Origin: an uncultured Methanosarcinales archaeon
GTDB lineage: Archaea > Nanobdellota > Nanobdellia > Woesearchaeales > GW2011-AR9
Reading direction: 5' to 3'
Assembly (NCBI GenBank): GCA_964343575.1
Contig: CAYFJV010000001.1
Span: 91,402 to 155,401, forward strand
DNA: 64,000 bases
Part shown: piece after piece, positions 51,883-60,351 of the stretch
Numbering within the stretch: the first letter of the stretch is position 1
How the letters are laid out: each line of letters starts with the position of its first letter
Made by a program: the position numbers and the translations under genes
Notes under the pieces: generated by a model
Told to the model about the DNA's origin: nothing
Databases searched by the model: none
The model's input: only the letters and a program-made list of their open reading frames with translations

Positions 51883-52398
51883 TTGGTCGAGATGACTTAT
51901 ACTCACTTAACAAGAACAGGACATACTCTTGTTTCAAAGGATACTAGTGTTCTAGTTTCCGGTCTTTCTGGAGGTTTTGTGCTTGCGTTTGGAGCAGATT
52001 CCTGGACTCATACCTTTGTTGCCCGTTTAAGGCCAGATCAAATTGTTTCTTCTTTTCGCGAAGAGAGCTATTTGCAGGAGTCACTTCTGGGAGTTGTGCA
52101 AGACTCAGCTTCATACTTTGGTGCTTCCCCTCGGCTTTTACTTGTAGGTGGCGGAGATATTTTTGAGACTGTATCTTACGACGTTCGGCAAGCAAGAGAT
52201 GTTCTTTTGGGCGGTTTGGTTGCAGATCTTTGCCTTTCAAGAAAAATCAGTGGTCAAGTTATAGATGAAACTACTCTTGGTGGCAGGGTTGATTCGCTTG
52301 CTCTTTTCCCAGGTCATCAAGAGTACCATTTGGGAAACGCCCGTGATCTTGAAGAGGTTTTAAGAAGCCCTAGCAGATATCGTGTTGCGGCGAAGTAG
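51883..52398 (+). CDS. hypothetical protein
   Basis: 171-aa ORF (track start TTG; ATG 51892 is an alternative). No motif recognised. Confidence 0.4.
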   Translation: MVEMTYTHLTRTGHTLVSKDTSVLVSGLSGGFVLAFGADSWTHTFVARLRPDQIVSSFREESYLQESLLGVVQDSASYFGASPRLLLVGGGDIFETVSYDVRQARDVLLGGLVADLCLSRKISGQVIDETTLGGRVDSLALFPGHQEYHLGNARDLEEVLRSPSRYRVAAK

Positions 52399-52467
52399 AT
52401 TTGCTCATTCTTTCTTGTCCTTCATTTCGTAAGCTTAAAAAAGGGGAGTGGCTTTCATTTTCTTGTT

Positions 52468-54327
52468 ATGTCTTACAAAAAACTAGGTCTTAAATGTGGG
52501 GTGGAAATCCACCAACAGCTTGAAGGAAAAAAACTCTTTTCTGATGAGTTGACACAGATTTCTGAAGATAATAGCTATGATTTTAGTATCCAACGTAAGA
52601 TAAGGGCAGTTGCAGGGGAAGACGGAAGCATTGATGTTGCAGCAGCTCAAGAGCAAAGTAAAGATCGGGTCTATATTTATAGAGGGAAGAATATCTCTGC
52701 AGGATTGATTGCAGCAGATTCTCAGCCACCACTTCCTATTAATGATGATGCCCTTTATGCAAGTTTACAACTTTCCACAATGCTTGGAGCCCAACTTTCT
52801 CCGGTGATTCAGGTTATGAGAAAGACGATTGCTGATGGGAGTAACACTTCTGGTTTTCAAAGGACAGCATTGGTTGCTCGAGCAGGGGTGCTGAAAGGAA
52901 GTTTGGGAGATGTTGGCATTGATAGTGTTGGTATCGAAGAAGATTCTTGCCGAACCTTGAGTAGTGGAGTTGGTGTTAAAGAGTATCATCTTGATAGACT
53001 TGGAATTCCTCTCATTGAAATTGCAACAGCACCAGATATTAAAAGTCCGGAGCAAGCACAAGAAGTTTGTCGCTTGCTTGGAAATTATTTACGTTCGCTT
53101 CCAAACTGTAAACGAGGACTTGGAACTATTCGTCAGGATGTTAATGTAAGTATCAAAGGAGGAAATCGAGTTGAGATTAAGGGGGCGCAAGACCTTCGAA
53201 TGATCCCAACTCTTGTTGAGCTTGAAATGAAACGGCAAGAAGAGTTGTTGAAACTTCGCTCTGAGTTGAAGAAATCTTTGGTGGTGAAAGCTGCTTTGAA
53301 AGAAAAGGTTCAGATCAAGGATTTGAGTACTTTATTTTCAAAATCTTCTTCAAAGAGAATTGTAAGCACTTTGAAGAAAAAAGGAAAAGTTTTAGCTCTT
53401 ACTCTTCCTGGTTTTGCTGGTCTTGTTGGTAGAGAACTGCAGCCAAATTATCGTTTGGGAACTGAGTTTGCTGGGCGAGCCAAGGTGAAAGCTGGCGTTG
53501 GAGGAATCTTTCATTCTGATGAGCTTCCAAACTATGGGATCACTGCTGATGAAGTTGCTGCTGTTTGTAAGAAATTGAAGTGTAAAAAAGAAGATGCTTT
53601 TATTCTGGTGGCTGATCATGAGGGTCGCGCTTCTGTTGCATTGCATGCTGTGTGGGAACGTGCAGGGGAATTGCTGGTTGGAGTACCTAAAGAAGTGCGT
53701 AAAGCGCAAGTAGATGGAACAAGTCGTTACATGCGACCAATGCCTGGTGCTGCTCGAATGTATCCTGAAACAGACGTTCCTCTTATCTTTCCTTCTAAGT
53801 TTGGCAAAATTGAGCTTCCTGAATTGTTGGAGAATAAGTTTGCTCGCTTTGAGAAGGAGTATGGCCTTAGTAAAGACCTTGCAGCTTATATTGCAAAGTC
53901 TTCTCGTAGCGCTTTGTTTGAAGAGCTTGCAAGGAAGTACAAAGGAAAGGTAAAATCTGCTTTTATTGCTGAAACACTTGGTCCGACACTTCTTGGAATA
54001 AAACGTGAGTTTAAGGTTGATGTTCCTTCGCTTCTTTCTGATGGTGACCTTAGAAAGTTGTTTGCCTATTTGATTGATGATAAAATTCACAAAGATATTA
54101 TTGTTGATGTGCTTATTGATATGGCTAAGGGCAGTTTTGATCTTAAGAAGTATGGAGGACTTTCAACCGAGGAGATTCACAAAGTTATTGTTTCTATCGT
54201 CAAGAAAAATAAGGGTGCTCCATTTGGTGCTTTGATGGGACAGTGTATGAAAGCGCTTGCAGGGAAAGCAAGTGGTCAAGTGATTAGCAAAGCTTTGAAA
54301 GAAATTGTTGCTCATGGGCACAAGTGA
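52468..54327 (+). CDS. gatE: Glu-tRNA(Gln) amidotransferase subunit E
   Basis: 619 aa. The N-terminal GLKCGVEIHQQL, the insertion domain, GIEEDSCR, and a GatB/YqeY-like C-terminal tail give the archaeal GatE length and layout. Confidence 0.9.
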   Translation: MSYKKLGLKCGVEIHQQLEGKKLFSDELTQISEDNSYDFSIQRKIRAVAGEDGSIDVAAAQEQSKDRVYIYRGKNISAGLIAADSQPPLPINDDALYASLQLSTMLGAQLSPVIQVMRKTIADGSNTSGFQRTALVARAGVLKGSLGDVGIDSVGIEEDSCRTLSSGVGVKEYHLDRLGIPLIEIATAPDIKSPEQAQEVCRLLGNYLRSLPNCKRGLGTIRQDVNVSIKGGNRVEIKGAQDLRMIPTLVELEMKRQEELLKLRSELKKSLVVKAALKEKVQIKDLSTLFSKSSSKRIVSTLKKKGKVLALTLPGFAGLVGRELQPNYRLGTEFAGRAKVKAGVGGIFHSDELPNYGITADEVAAVCKKLKCKKEDAFILVADHEGRASVALHAVWERAGELLVGVPKEVRKAQVDGTSRYMRPMPGAARMYPETDVPLIFPSKFGKIELPELLENKFARFEKEYGLSKDLAAYIAKSSRSALFEELARKYKGKVKSAFIAETLGPTLLGIKREFKVDVPSLLSDGDLRKLFAYLIDDKIHKDIIVDVLIDMAKGSFDLKKYGGLSTEEIHKVIVSIVKKNKGAPFGALMGQCMKALAGKASGQVISKALKEIVAHGHK

Positions 54328-54368
54328 AAGAATTGAATAATGTAATGAACAATATAATCATAATTACA

Positions 54369-54432
54369 AAAAAATTTCCAGAAAGCTCCTGACTTTAGTT
54401 AAGGAGATGAATGAAAACTCGGGAAATTTTTT
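54369..54432. other. structured inverted-repeat element E3 (related to E1), candidate bidirectional terminator
   Basis: AAAAAATTTCC (54369-79) pairs with GGAAATTTTTT (54422-32). Inside is CTCCTGAC-TTTA-GTTAAGGAG followed by ATGAATGA. It lies between the convergent gatE and 54434-54988 genes and has oligo-T after the stem on both strands. Confidence 0.45.
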
Positions 54433-54433
54433 G

Positions 54434-54988
54434 TTATCTTTGCAGGCAGCTAGGAAGAATTTCTTCTCTTAATCTTTGTTCGAGAATTCCATTGTATCTG
54501 TCTGCTTCACTTTGAAGTTGGCTTCTATCTGTTGGTGGAAATAAGTTTGGTTCTGGGCTTGGGTTTCCTTGAATTGCTCTAGGTCCATCAGGGGTTGGAG
54601 CAAAGATCCCTTCTTGATAAGTTTCATAAGTGTATTTAGGTTCTCCTTGGTGCACATCTCCCGTTTTATCTGTTTCTGTAGCGTAACCATTAAAACCAAC
54701 TTCTGTGAAACGTATTGCTCTTGCTCCAGCAGTTGCTCCCGCCCCTATATTTAATTCTCCTGTGAGACTGCGGCGACTTGGAGAGTTGCCTGGATAATAA
54801 GTTATTTCCCAAGCATTTACTGAGCAGTTGCCTTCTTTTGTTGCTGGCTCTGCCATTGTTGAGCAATAGAGTGCTAAGATTTCAAGCTCGTCTCCAGGAT
54901 TACCATCTCTTACAGGAAGTGCATTGTAAGCTAAAGCTCCAATCCCAAGGGCTGCTGTAGTTCCGAGAATTAAGGTTCTAAGTTTCAT
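54434..54988 (-). CDS. secreted protein of unknown function
   Basis: 184 aa. Signal peptide MKLRTLILGTTAALGIGALA. The mature part is Gly/Pro/Thr-rich with 3 Cys. Confidence 0.5.
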   Translation of the reverse strand: MKLRTLILGTTAALGIGALAYNALPVRDGNPGDELEILALYCSTMAEPATKEGNCSVNAWEITYYPGNSPSRRSLTGELNIGAGATAGARAIRFTEVGFNGYATETDKTGDVHQGEPKYTYETYQEGIFAPTPDGPRAIQGNPSPEPNLFPPTDRSQLQSEADRYNGILEQRLREEILPSCLQR

Positions 54989-55071
54989 GATTTTTTTGAG
55001 AAATATCCTCTTTTAAAAAATTTCTTGAAAGAAAAGAGTAAAAAGAAAAAATAAAAATTTACTGGTTTGTT

Positions 55072-55641
55072 TTAAGGGTTACAATAGTCTTGGGCTTCTC
55101 CAAAGCCAGAGACAGGTTCAAGTAAACTTGTTGTCCCTCTTCTATGTGCTTCGTGGCTTACCATGTATGGGTTGTCACTTTCCGGACCCCAAAAGGTGAT
55201 CACGTGAAGAGTGGTTCTTCCTTGACCAAGGTTTTTCTTAAGGAAAACATCAACGTGGTCTTCTAATGTTTGGCTTCGAGGAGTTTCGTAGTACATTCCC
55301 TCAACGTCTAAGTCATAGTTGTGAAAGATTTCAAGAGCTTCCCAACCGCTAGCTAAAAGTTCATCTACAGTATCTTCGATACAGTAAGCTTGTATGCCAA
55401 TGTCTAGAACGTAGTCAACCTCTCTTTGTGAGTGATCTACATGGTGATCACCTATCCAAGCCATTAAAGCCCATACTTCTGATTGAACTGTTTGATCAAT
55501 CTCTTGCTCGCTTAGCCAACTTGCTAAGTCAAGAGCTTCTGCCTCACTAAGGTCTGCAGCAGCAAAACTAAAAGTTAAGAGTGCCAGCACAAAGGAGAGC
55601 AACCCGATTAAAACAAATTTTTTTGTAGTTATGTTTTTCAT
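55072..55641 (-). CDS. secreted protein, paralog A of an inverted gene pair
   Basis: 189 aa with a signal peptide. It shares YC[IV]E..VD..LA.GWEA, FWGPES and the C-terminal DYC with the divergent 55933-56526 product. Confidence 0.6.
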   Translation of the reverse strand: MKNITTKKFVLIGLLSFVLALLTFSFAAADLSEAEALDLASWLSEQEIDQTVQSEVWALMAWIGDHHVDHSQREVDYVLDIGIQAYCIEDTVDELLASGWEALEIFHNYDLDVEGMYYETPRSQTLEDHVDVFLKKNLGQGRTTLHVITFWGPESDNPYMVSHEAHRRGTTSLLEPVSGFGEAQDYCNP

Positions 55642-55661
55642 AAAAAGTCAGTTTCAAAAAT

Positions 55662-55677
55662 CTTATTTAAACATTTT
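55662..55677. repeat. left arm of a 16-bp perfect inverted repeat carrying a TATA box (CTTATTTAAACATTTT)
   Basis: It is the exact reverse complement of 55897-55912. It lies 21-36 nt upstream of the minus-strand start at 55641. Confidence 0.7.
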
Positions 55678-55896
55678 GGCGCTATTTTGTCGGAATTTTA
55701 TTTTGCTTTTCATAAGCGCCTGGGTATTATGGTGCAAAAAACAAAATATTTTTCATTTCTTCTTTGCCAATTGTTGCTGTTGTTCTTCGCTTTTGTCTTT
55801 TCACCAGAATTCTTCATTATATATCTTTATTTATGAAATTTCTTTGTCTTCTTGACTTTTTCGGTAAAATTTCTCTAAAACGCAGGTTTGAATGTA

Positions 55897-55912
55897 AAAA
55901 TGTTTAAATAAG
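55897..55912. repeat. right arm of the 16-bp inverted repeat (AAAATGTTTAAATAAG)
   Basis: It is the exact reverse complement of 55662-55677. It lies 21-36 nt upstream of ATG 55933, the same spacing as the left arm to its gene. Confidence 0.7.
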
Positions 55913-55932
55913 GATAAAAACAACGACATTTT

Positions 55933-56526
55933 ATGAATTTTACAAGAAGTTGGAAAACTAAAAAGGTGCTGTTGGCGGTTGTTTTTCTTTTATCCATGGG
56001 GATGCTAACGGCAGGTGCAGCTTACGGTGGTGCAAGTTGGGGTGACTTTGAAAAATCCTTTCAATATGAACTTGAAGATGGTCATCCTGTTCTCTTAGCT
56101 GCTTTGACTCCTGGAGAAGCATGGATTGCTTCAATCTTGGCAGGTGATCATACTCCTAACTTTGATACAGAAGTTGTTAATGCTGTGCTTAGTCCTTTAG
56201 CAGAAGGTTATTGTGTTGAAGGAGCAGTTGATCGTGTTCTTGCTCGAGGTTGGGAAGCTACATTTGCTATTCTTGATTACGATGATAACAATGAGCACCA
56301 TTACTTTGGCGTAGATCATTATCATGGATCTTTGGAATCTCATCAAGACATTCTCTTTGAGAAGGAAAGACCATTGCGATCAACATTGTACAGAGTTGTT
56401 CGTTTCTGGGGTCCAGAGAGTGCAGAGAACTTTGGTGCTGTGAGCATTGAAGGTTACGTAATGACTGAGGAAGGCCTTGTTCCAGAAGGAGAGCTTGGAG
56501 TGGCAAGGGACTATTGTGGTAACTAG
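55933..56526 (+). CDS. secreted protein, paralog B of an inverted gene pair
   Basis: 197 aa with a signal peptide. Homologous to the 55072-55641 product (GYCVEGAVDRVLARGWEA, VVRFWGPES, ARDYCGN). Confidence 0.6.
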   Translation: MNFTRSWKTKKVLLAVVFLLSMGMLTAGAAYGGASWGDFEKSFQYELEDGHPVLLAALTPGEAWIASILAGDHTPNFDTEVVNAVLSPLAEGYCVEGAVDRVLARGWEATFAILDYDDNNEHHYFGVDHYHGSLESHQDILFEKERPLRSTLYRVVRFWGPESAENFGAVSIEGYVMTEEGLVPEGELGVARDYCGN

Positions 56527-56589
56527 CCTTTAGCTGAGCTTTGATTTTTTTCTTTTTTCCTTCTTTTTCTTCTCTAGTCTTGTTTGGTA

Positions 56590-56604
56590 GAAAGCTTTAT
56601 AAAG
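56590..56604 (+). promoter_or_regulatory. BRE/TATA promoter GAAAGCTTTATAAAG for rpoL
   Basis: Ends 22 nt upstream of ATG 56627, implying a leaderless mRNA. It is preceded by a T-rich tract that probably terminates the upstream gene. It is an exact 15-mer copy of 58494-58508 and of the minus-strand word at 44800-44814. Confidence 0.6.
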
Positions 56605-56626
56605 AACTAGTTCGGATCTGAGAGCT

Positions 56627-56896
56627 ATGGAATTTAAAGTTCTTGAAGAGAGCAAAACTAAACTTGTCTTTGAACTTCACGGAGAGACCCACACTTTCTG
56701 TAATCTTCTCAAGGAAGAACTTCGTGCTGTTAAGGGAGTTACTTTGGCTACCTACCGGATTGCTCACCCTCTTGTTGGTGTTCCAGAGTTTCTGGTTGAA
56801 ACAAAGGGAGTTGAGCCACGTGCTGCTTTGAAAGATGCTTTAAAGAGTATGAAAGCGCTTGCTAAGGACTTTGCTAAACAAGTAAAGAAGTTGTAA
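56627..56896 (+). CDS. rpoL: DNA-directed RNA polymerase subunit L (Rpo11)
   Basis: 89 aa. LVFELHGETHTFCNLLKEEL...ATYRIAHPLVGVPEFLVET is the RpoL/Rpb11 signature. Confidence 0.88.
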   Translation: MEFKVLEESKTKLVFELHGETHTFCNLLKEELRAVKGVTLATYRIAHPLVGVPEFLVETKGVEPRAALKDALKSMKALAKDFAKQVKKL

Positions 56897-56978
56897 GTTG
56901 TATTTTGTTTATTCTTATTCTCGTTTCTTTGACTGTATTAACATAATCTTTATATCCTTTCTTGGGTCTTGTGTTTTT

Positions 56979-58466
56979 ATGGCAATTTCTTTGGGTACTG
57001 CACTTCGTTATTACAAAAAAAAGGAAGTTCAAGAAGCCCTTGTCGCTGCAGCTCGTGAAAAAGAAGTTGCTTTTCATTTTAATGATCGTTTTGGAAAACG
57101 ACCTGACGTTCTTATCTATCCTCATGATGTAATGGAACTTGCTAAGAAAGGAATCTCTTCCTTTCATTGTAGTGAAGAGAGTTGGTATAATCCTCTTGAC
57201 ATTCAAACAGGGATGAGTAAAAAACAGCTTGATGAGTTGCGTTCTGGATGGGACTTGGTGCTTGACATTGATTGTGCTATTATGGAATACAGCCGTATTT
57301 GTGCCGAACTTGTCATTCGTTTCTTGAAACATACGGGGGTGAAAAATATTAGTTGTAAGTTTAGTGGAAACAAAGGATTTCATATTGCGGTTCCCTTTGA
57401 AGCTTTTCCAGAGCACGTGGGTGAAGTAGAGACTCGTTTATTGTTTCCTGAAGCCGCAAGAAAGATTGCTTTTTATGTGAAAGAGCATATTGAGGAAGAG
57501 CTTGCTCGTCGAGTGCTTGCTTTTGAGAGTGAAAGAAGTGGTAGTGAAGATGCAATTGCGGTGGTGCAAGAGCGAGTTGGCTTGCCCATGGAAAAGATTG
57601 TACGTTATGGAGAAAATGCTCTTGGAGATCGTATCGCAAAACTTGATGTTGAACCTTTCTTAGAGATTGATACTGTGCTTATCTCTTCACGTCATTTATA
57701 TCGTATGCCCTATAGTTTACATGAGAAATCAGGTTTGCTTAGTTTGCCCATTGATCCAGATAAGGTTGGGGTTTTCGAAAAGCCCATGGCAGATCCTGAA
57801 AAATTCTTTGCACCTCTCGCACCCTGGATTGATAGAGAAGCTGTAACTGAGCCTAGTGCTCGTCGTTTGCTTGTGCAAGCACTTGATTATCAAGCTAAGG
57901 CTCGTGTAGATAAAGAACGAGCGTCTGAATTGCGTGAAGAGCGTAAAAGACAGGCGCAAGAAATGGAGATGAAAATTGAAAGTGCAGTGCAACCAGAGTT
58001 GTTCCCTCCTTGTATCTCGCACATGCTTGAGCAAGGTCTTGTTGATGGGAAAAAACGAGCGGTTTTTGCTACAATTTTGTTTTTAGGAAAGTTGGGTTGG
58101 TCAAAACAGGAAGTGCGAAGCTTTCTTTTGAAGTGGAATAAAGAGAAAAATACTGAGCCTTTACGAGAGAACTATATTTTAGGTCAGCTTCGCTATTTTG
58201 TAGGTGGAGGTAAGGGAAAGATGCCTCCAAATTGTAATAATGATGGTTACTATGTTCCTTTAGGTATTTGTAAACCAGATGGTCTTTGTCGTCGGATAAA
58301 AAACCCGGTGAATTATAGTTTGATTAAGCTTCGTTTGAAACAGCAACGTGATCTTGCAGAGAAGGAAGCTGCTGCTAAGCAAGAGCGTAAACGGGAGAGG
58401 GAGCAGAAGAAACAAGAGAGACAAGAGAAAGTGTCAATGCGAGGAGAACAGGAGAAAGGAGCATGA
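56979..58466 (+). CDS. priS: DNA primase, fused PriS catalytic domain plus PriL-like Fe-S C-terminal domain
   Basis: PriS motifs WDLVLDIDCA, FSGNKGFHIAVPF and SRHLYRMPYSLHEKSG. The C-terminal part has FPPCISHML, RAVFATILFL, then PPNC...GIC...GLC..IKNPVNY (four Cys and the PPC and NP-x-x-Y motifs of the PriL C-terminal domain). ATG 56979 is preferred. Confidence 0.85.
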   Translation: MAISLGTALRYYKKKEVQEALVAAAREKEVAFHFNDRFGKRPDVLIYPHDVMELAKKGISSFHCSEESWYNPLDIQTGMSKKQLDELRSGWDLVLDIDCAIMEYSRICAELVIRFLKHTGVKNISCKFSGNKGFHIAVPFEAFPEHVGEVETRLLFPEAARKIAFYVKEHIEEELARRVLAFESERSGSEDAIAVVQERVGLPMEKIVRYGENALGDRIAKLDVEPFLEIDTVLISSRHLYRMPYSLHEKSGLLSLPIDPDKVGVFEKPMADPEKFFAPLAPWIDREAVTEPSARRLLVQALDYQAKARVDKERASELREERKRQAQEMEMKIESAVQPELFPPCISHMLEQGLVDGKKRAVFATILFLGKLGWSKQEVRSFLLKWNKEKNTEPLRENYILGQLRYFVGGGKGKMPPNCNNDGYYVPLGICKPDGLCRRIKNPVNYSLIKLRLKQQRDLAEKEAAAKQERKREREQKKQERQEKVSMRGEQEKGA

Positions 58467-58493
58467 TTGTTTGGGGTGCAATGGCTAGAAAGA

Positions 58494-58508
58494 GAAAGCT
58501 TTATAAAG
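58494..58508 (+). promoter_or_regulatory. BRE/TATA promoter GAAAGCTTTATAAAG upstream of the S13 operon
   Basis: Exact copy of the rpoL promoter 15-mer. It lies about 150 nt upstream of the S13 ATG (58658), which predicts a leader of about 125 nt or a separate small RNA. A second, weaker TATA-like GTTATAATTG sits at 58621-30. Confidence 0.5.
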
Positions 58509-58657
58509 GAGCTGTTTTCTCTCTGGTTCATCATGATTTGAAGTCCGAGTTCACGCGCGTAGGGCTTATAGTGGTTTAACCTTTGTTTGGCTGCTGTTGC
58601 TTGGGTCGCGTATTCTTGGAGTTATAATTGAATCAAAGAGATTTTAATTAAAACAAA

Positions 58658-59113
58658 ATGGCTGAAGATAACTTTAAACACATCATTCGGGTAGCTAATG
58701 TGGACCTTCCTGGGAATAAGCAGCTCAAAGTTGCTTTGAAAAATATTAAGGGGGTTGGCTTCAACTTGGCTAAGGTTTTCTGTAACTTAACTGGTGTTGA
58801 TGCTGAGAAAAAAGCAGGATACCTAAGTGAAAAAGAGGTTGAGCTTCTAAGTAAGGCAATTCTTAACCCTGCTGGAGCAGGTGTTCCAGAGTGGATGCTT
58901 AATCGAAGGAAAGATTACCTTTCTGGTGAAGACAAGCACCTTTTAGAAGGAACTCTCGGTTTTACTAAAAGTAATGATGTTAAACGTCTTATGAAGATTA
59001 AATGTCTACGTGGTATGCGTCACCAAAAGCGTTTACCTGTACGTGGTCAAAGAACAAAGTCCAACTTTAGACGAAGTAAGGGAAAGGTTGTTGGCGTTAA
59101 GAAGAAGAAATAG
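58658..59113 (+). CDS. rps13: 30S ribosomal protein S13 (uS13)
   Basis: FKHIIRVANVDLPGNKQLKVALKNIKGVGFNLA and RGMRHQKRLPVRGQRTKSN are conserved uS13 segments. Confidence 0.93.
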   Translation: MAEDNFKHIIRVANVDLPGNKQLKVALKNIKGVGFNLAKVFCNLTGVDAEKKAGYLSEKEVELLSKAILNPAGAGVPEWMLNRRKDYLSGEDKHLLEGTLGFTKSNDVKRLMKIKCLRGMRHQKRLPVRGQRTKSNFRRSKGKVVGVKKKK

Positions 59114-59136
59114 TTTTTACTGATTATTATAAGAAA

Positions 59137-59841
59137 ATGGGAGATCCAAAACGATTCCGGAAAAAGTACATTACTCCAGGACACCCTTGGAACAAGCAAG
59201 CAATTGATGCTGAAAAGATTCTTGTTCGAGAGTTTGGCCTAGCTAAGAAACGTGAGATTTATCTTGCTAACTCTTTTATCAAAAAATATAGGCAGATTGC
59301 AAAGTCTTTGATTGTTAGTCAGACTCAGCAAGGGGAGAAAGAGAAGGCGCAAGTGATGCAAAAGTTGCAACGCCTTGGGCTTTTGCCTGCTGGAGCTGCT
59401 CTTGATGATGTTTTAAGTTTGGAAGTGAAAGACCTTTTGGAAAGACGTCTTCAGACCTTAGTACACAAGAAGGGGCTTGCTCGCTCTGTGAAGCAGGCAA
59501 GACAATTTATTACTCATCGACACATTTTAGTTGGTGGTAAAGAGATTACTGCTCCGTCATACTTAGTTTCTGTTGAAGAGGAATCTCAACTTTCTTTTAA
59601 AGATAAGTCTGCCTTATCTAGCATGGACCACCCAGAGCGAGTTGATCCTAATCAAGATATTAAAGAAGAAGTGAAAGCCTTGAAAGGAGAAGAAGCAGGA
59701 GAGAAACCTACACAAGAGGGTGAAGAAATTGCCCATGCTGCAGAATCTTCTGAAGCAAGCGTAGAAGTTGAGAAAGAAGATGCAGAAGTAGCGAGCGAGG
59801 CTGCAGCTGAAGAGAAGAAAGCTGAGGTGGCGCAAGAATGA
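59137..59841 (+). CDS. rps4: 30S ribosomal protein S4 (uS4) with a long acidic C-terminal extension
   Basis: [18 protein letters not shown] and [23 protein letters not shown] (S4 domain). The last ~60 aa ([21 protein letters not shown]...[12 protein letters not shown]) lie beyond the usual archaeal S4 length. Confidence 0.9.
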   Translation: MGDPKRFRKKYITPGHPWNKQAIDAEKILVREFGLAKKREIYLANSFIKKYRQIAKSLIVSQTQQGEKEKAQVMQKLQRLGLLPAGAALDDVLSLEVKDLLERRLQTLVHKKGLARSVKQARQFITHRHILVGGKEITAPSYLVSVEEESQLSFKDKSALSSMDHPERVDPNQDIKEEVKALKGEEAGEKPTQEGEEIAHAAESSEASVEVEKEDAEVASEAAAEEKKAEVAQE

Positions 59842-60329
59842 GTGAAGCAAAAGATGCTAAAAAACCAGTAAGGTCTGCTGCAGGAGAAAGAAAAGCTCCT
59901 GGAAAAGGAATGGCTCCAAGAAAGCCAGCTTACCAAAGAAGACCTCTTCGTTGGGCAGTAGCACACATTCGTTCAACTTACAATAACACCATCATTACCG
60001 TAACCGATATCACTGGAACTGAAACTCTTGCTCGGGCAAGTGGTGGCCAGATGGTAAAGGCAGATCGTTTAGAAAGTAGCCCCGGTGCAGCAATGGGAGT
60101 TGCTAAAAAAGTTGGTGAGCTTTTACGTGAGATTGGTGTAAGCGGTCTTTACATTCGAGTTAAAGCAAAAGGTGGCCATAATGGTCCGAAGAACACTGGG
60201 CCAGGAGCTCAGGCTGCAATTAAAACTCTATCAAGACTAGGTTTTAGGATTGGAAAGATTCAAGATGTAACTCCTGAACCACACAACGGTTGCCGAGCAA
60301 AAGGTGGTCGTAGGGGAAGAAGAGTTTAG
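59838..60329 (+). CDS. rps11: 30S ribosomal protein S11 (uS11) with basic N-terminal extension
   Basis: [19 protein letters not shown]...GGQMVKADR and [33 protein letters not shown]. The start overlaps the S4 stop (ATGA). Confidence 0.92.
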   Translation: MSEAKDAKKPVRSAAGERKAPGKGMAPRKPAYQRRPLRWAVAHIRSTYNNTIITVTDITGTETLARASGGQMVKADRLESSPGAAMGVAKKVGELLREIGVSGLYIRVKAKGGHNGPKNTGPGAQAAIKTLSRLGFRIGKIQDVTPEPHNGCRAKGGRRGRRV

Positions 60330-60351
60330 ATAAAGATCCGGGTAAAAGAAG

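Noticed and set aside
53392-54090. 232-aa ORF on the minus strand, one of the longest unassigned ORFs in the track
   Set aside because: It lies entirely antisense to gatE, whose identity is certain. Its product is a low-complexity K/F/S/N/R-rich string typical of shadow ORFs in AT-rich coding DNA. No start-site signals were seen.
56874-57416. 180-aa minus-strand ORF
   Set aside because: It is antisense to the 5' part of the primase gene and to the end of rpoL. Its composition (K/F/N/T-rich) looks like a shadow frame, and no motif was found.
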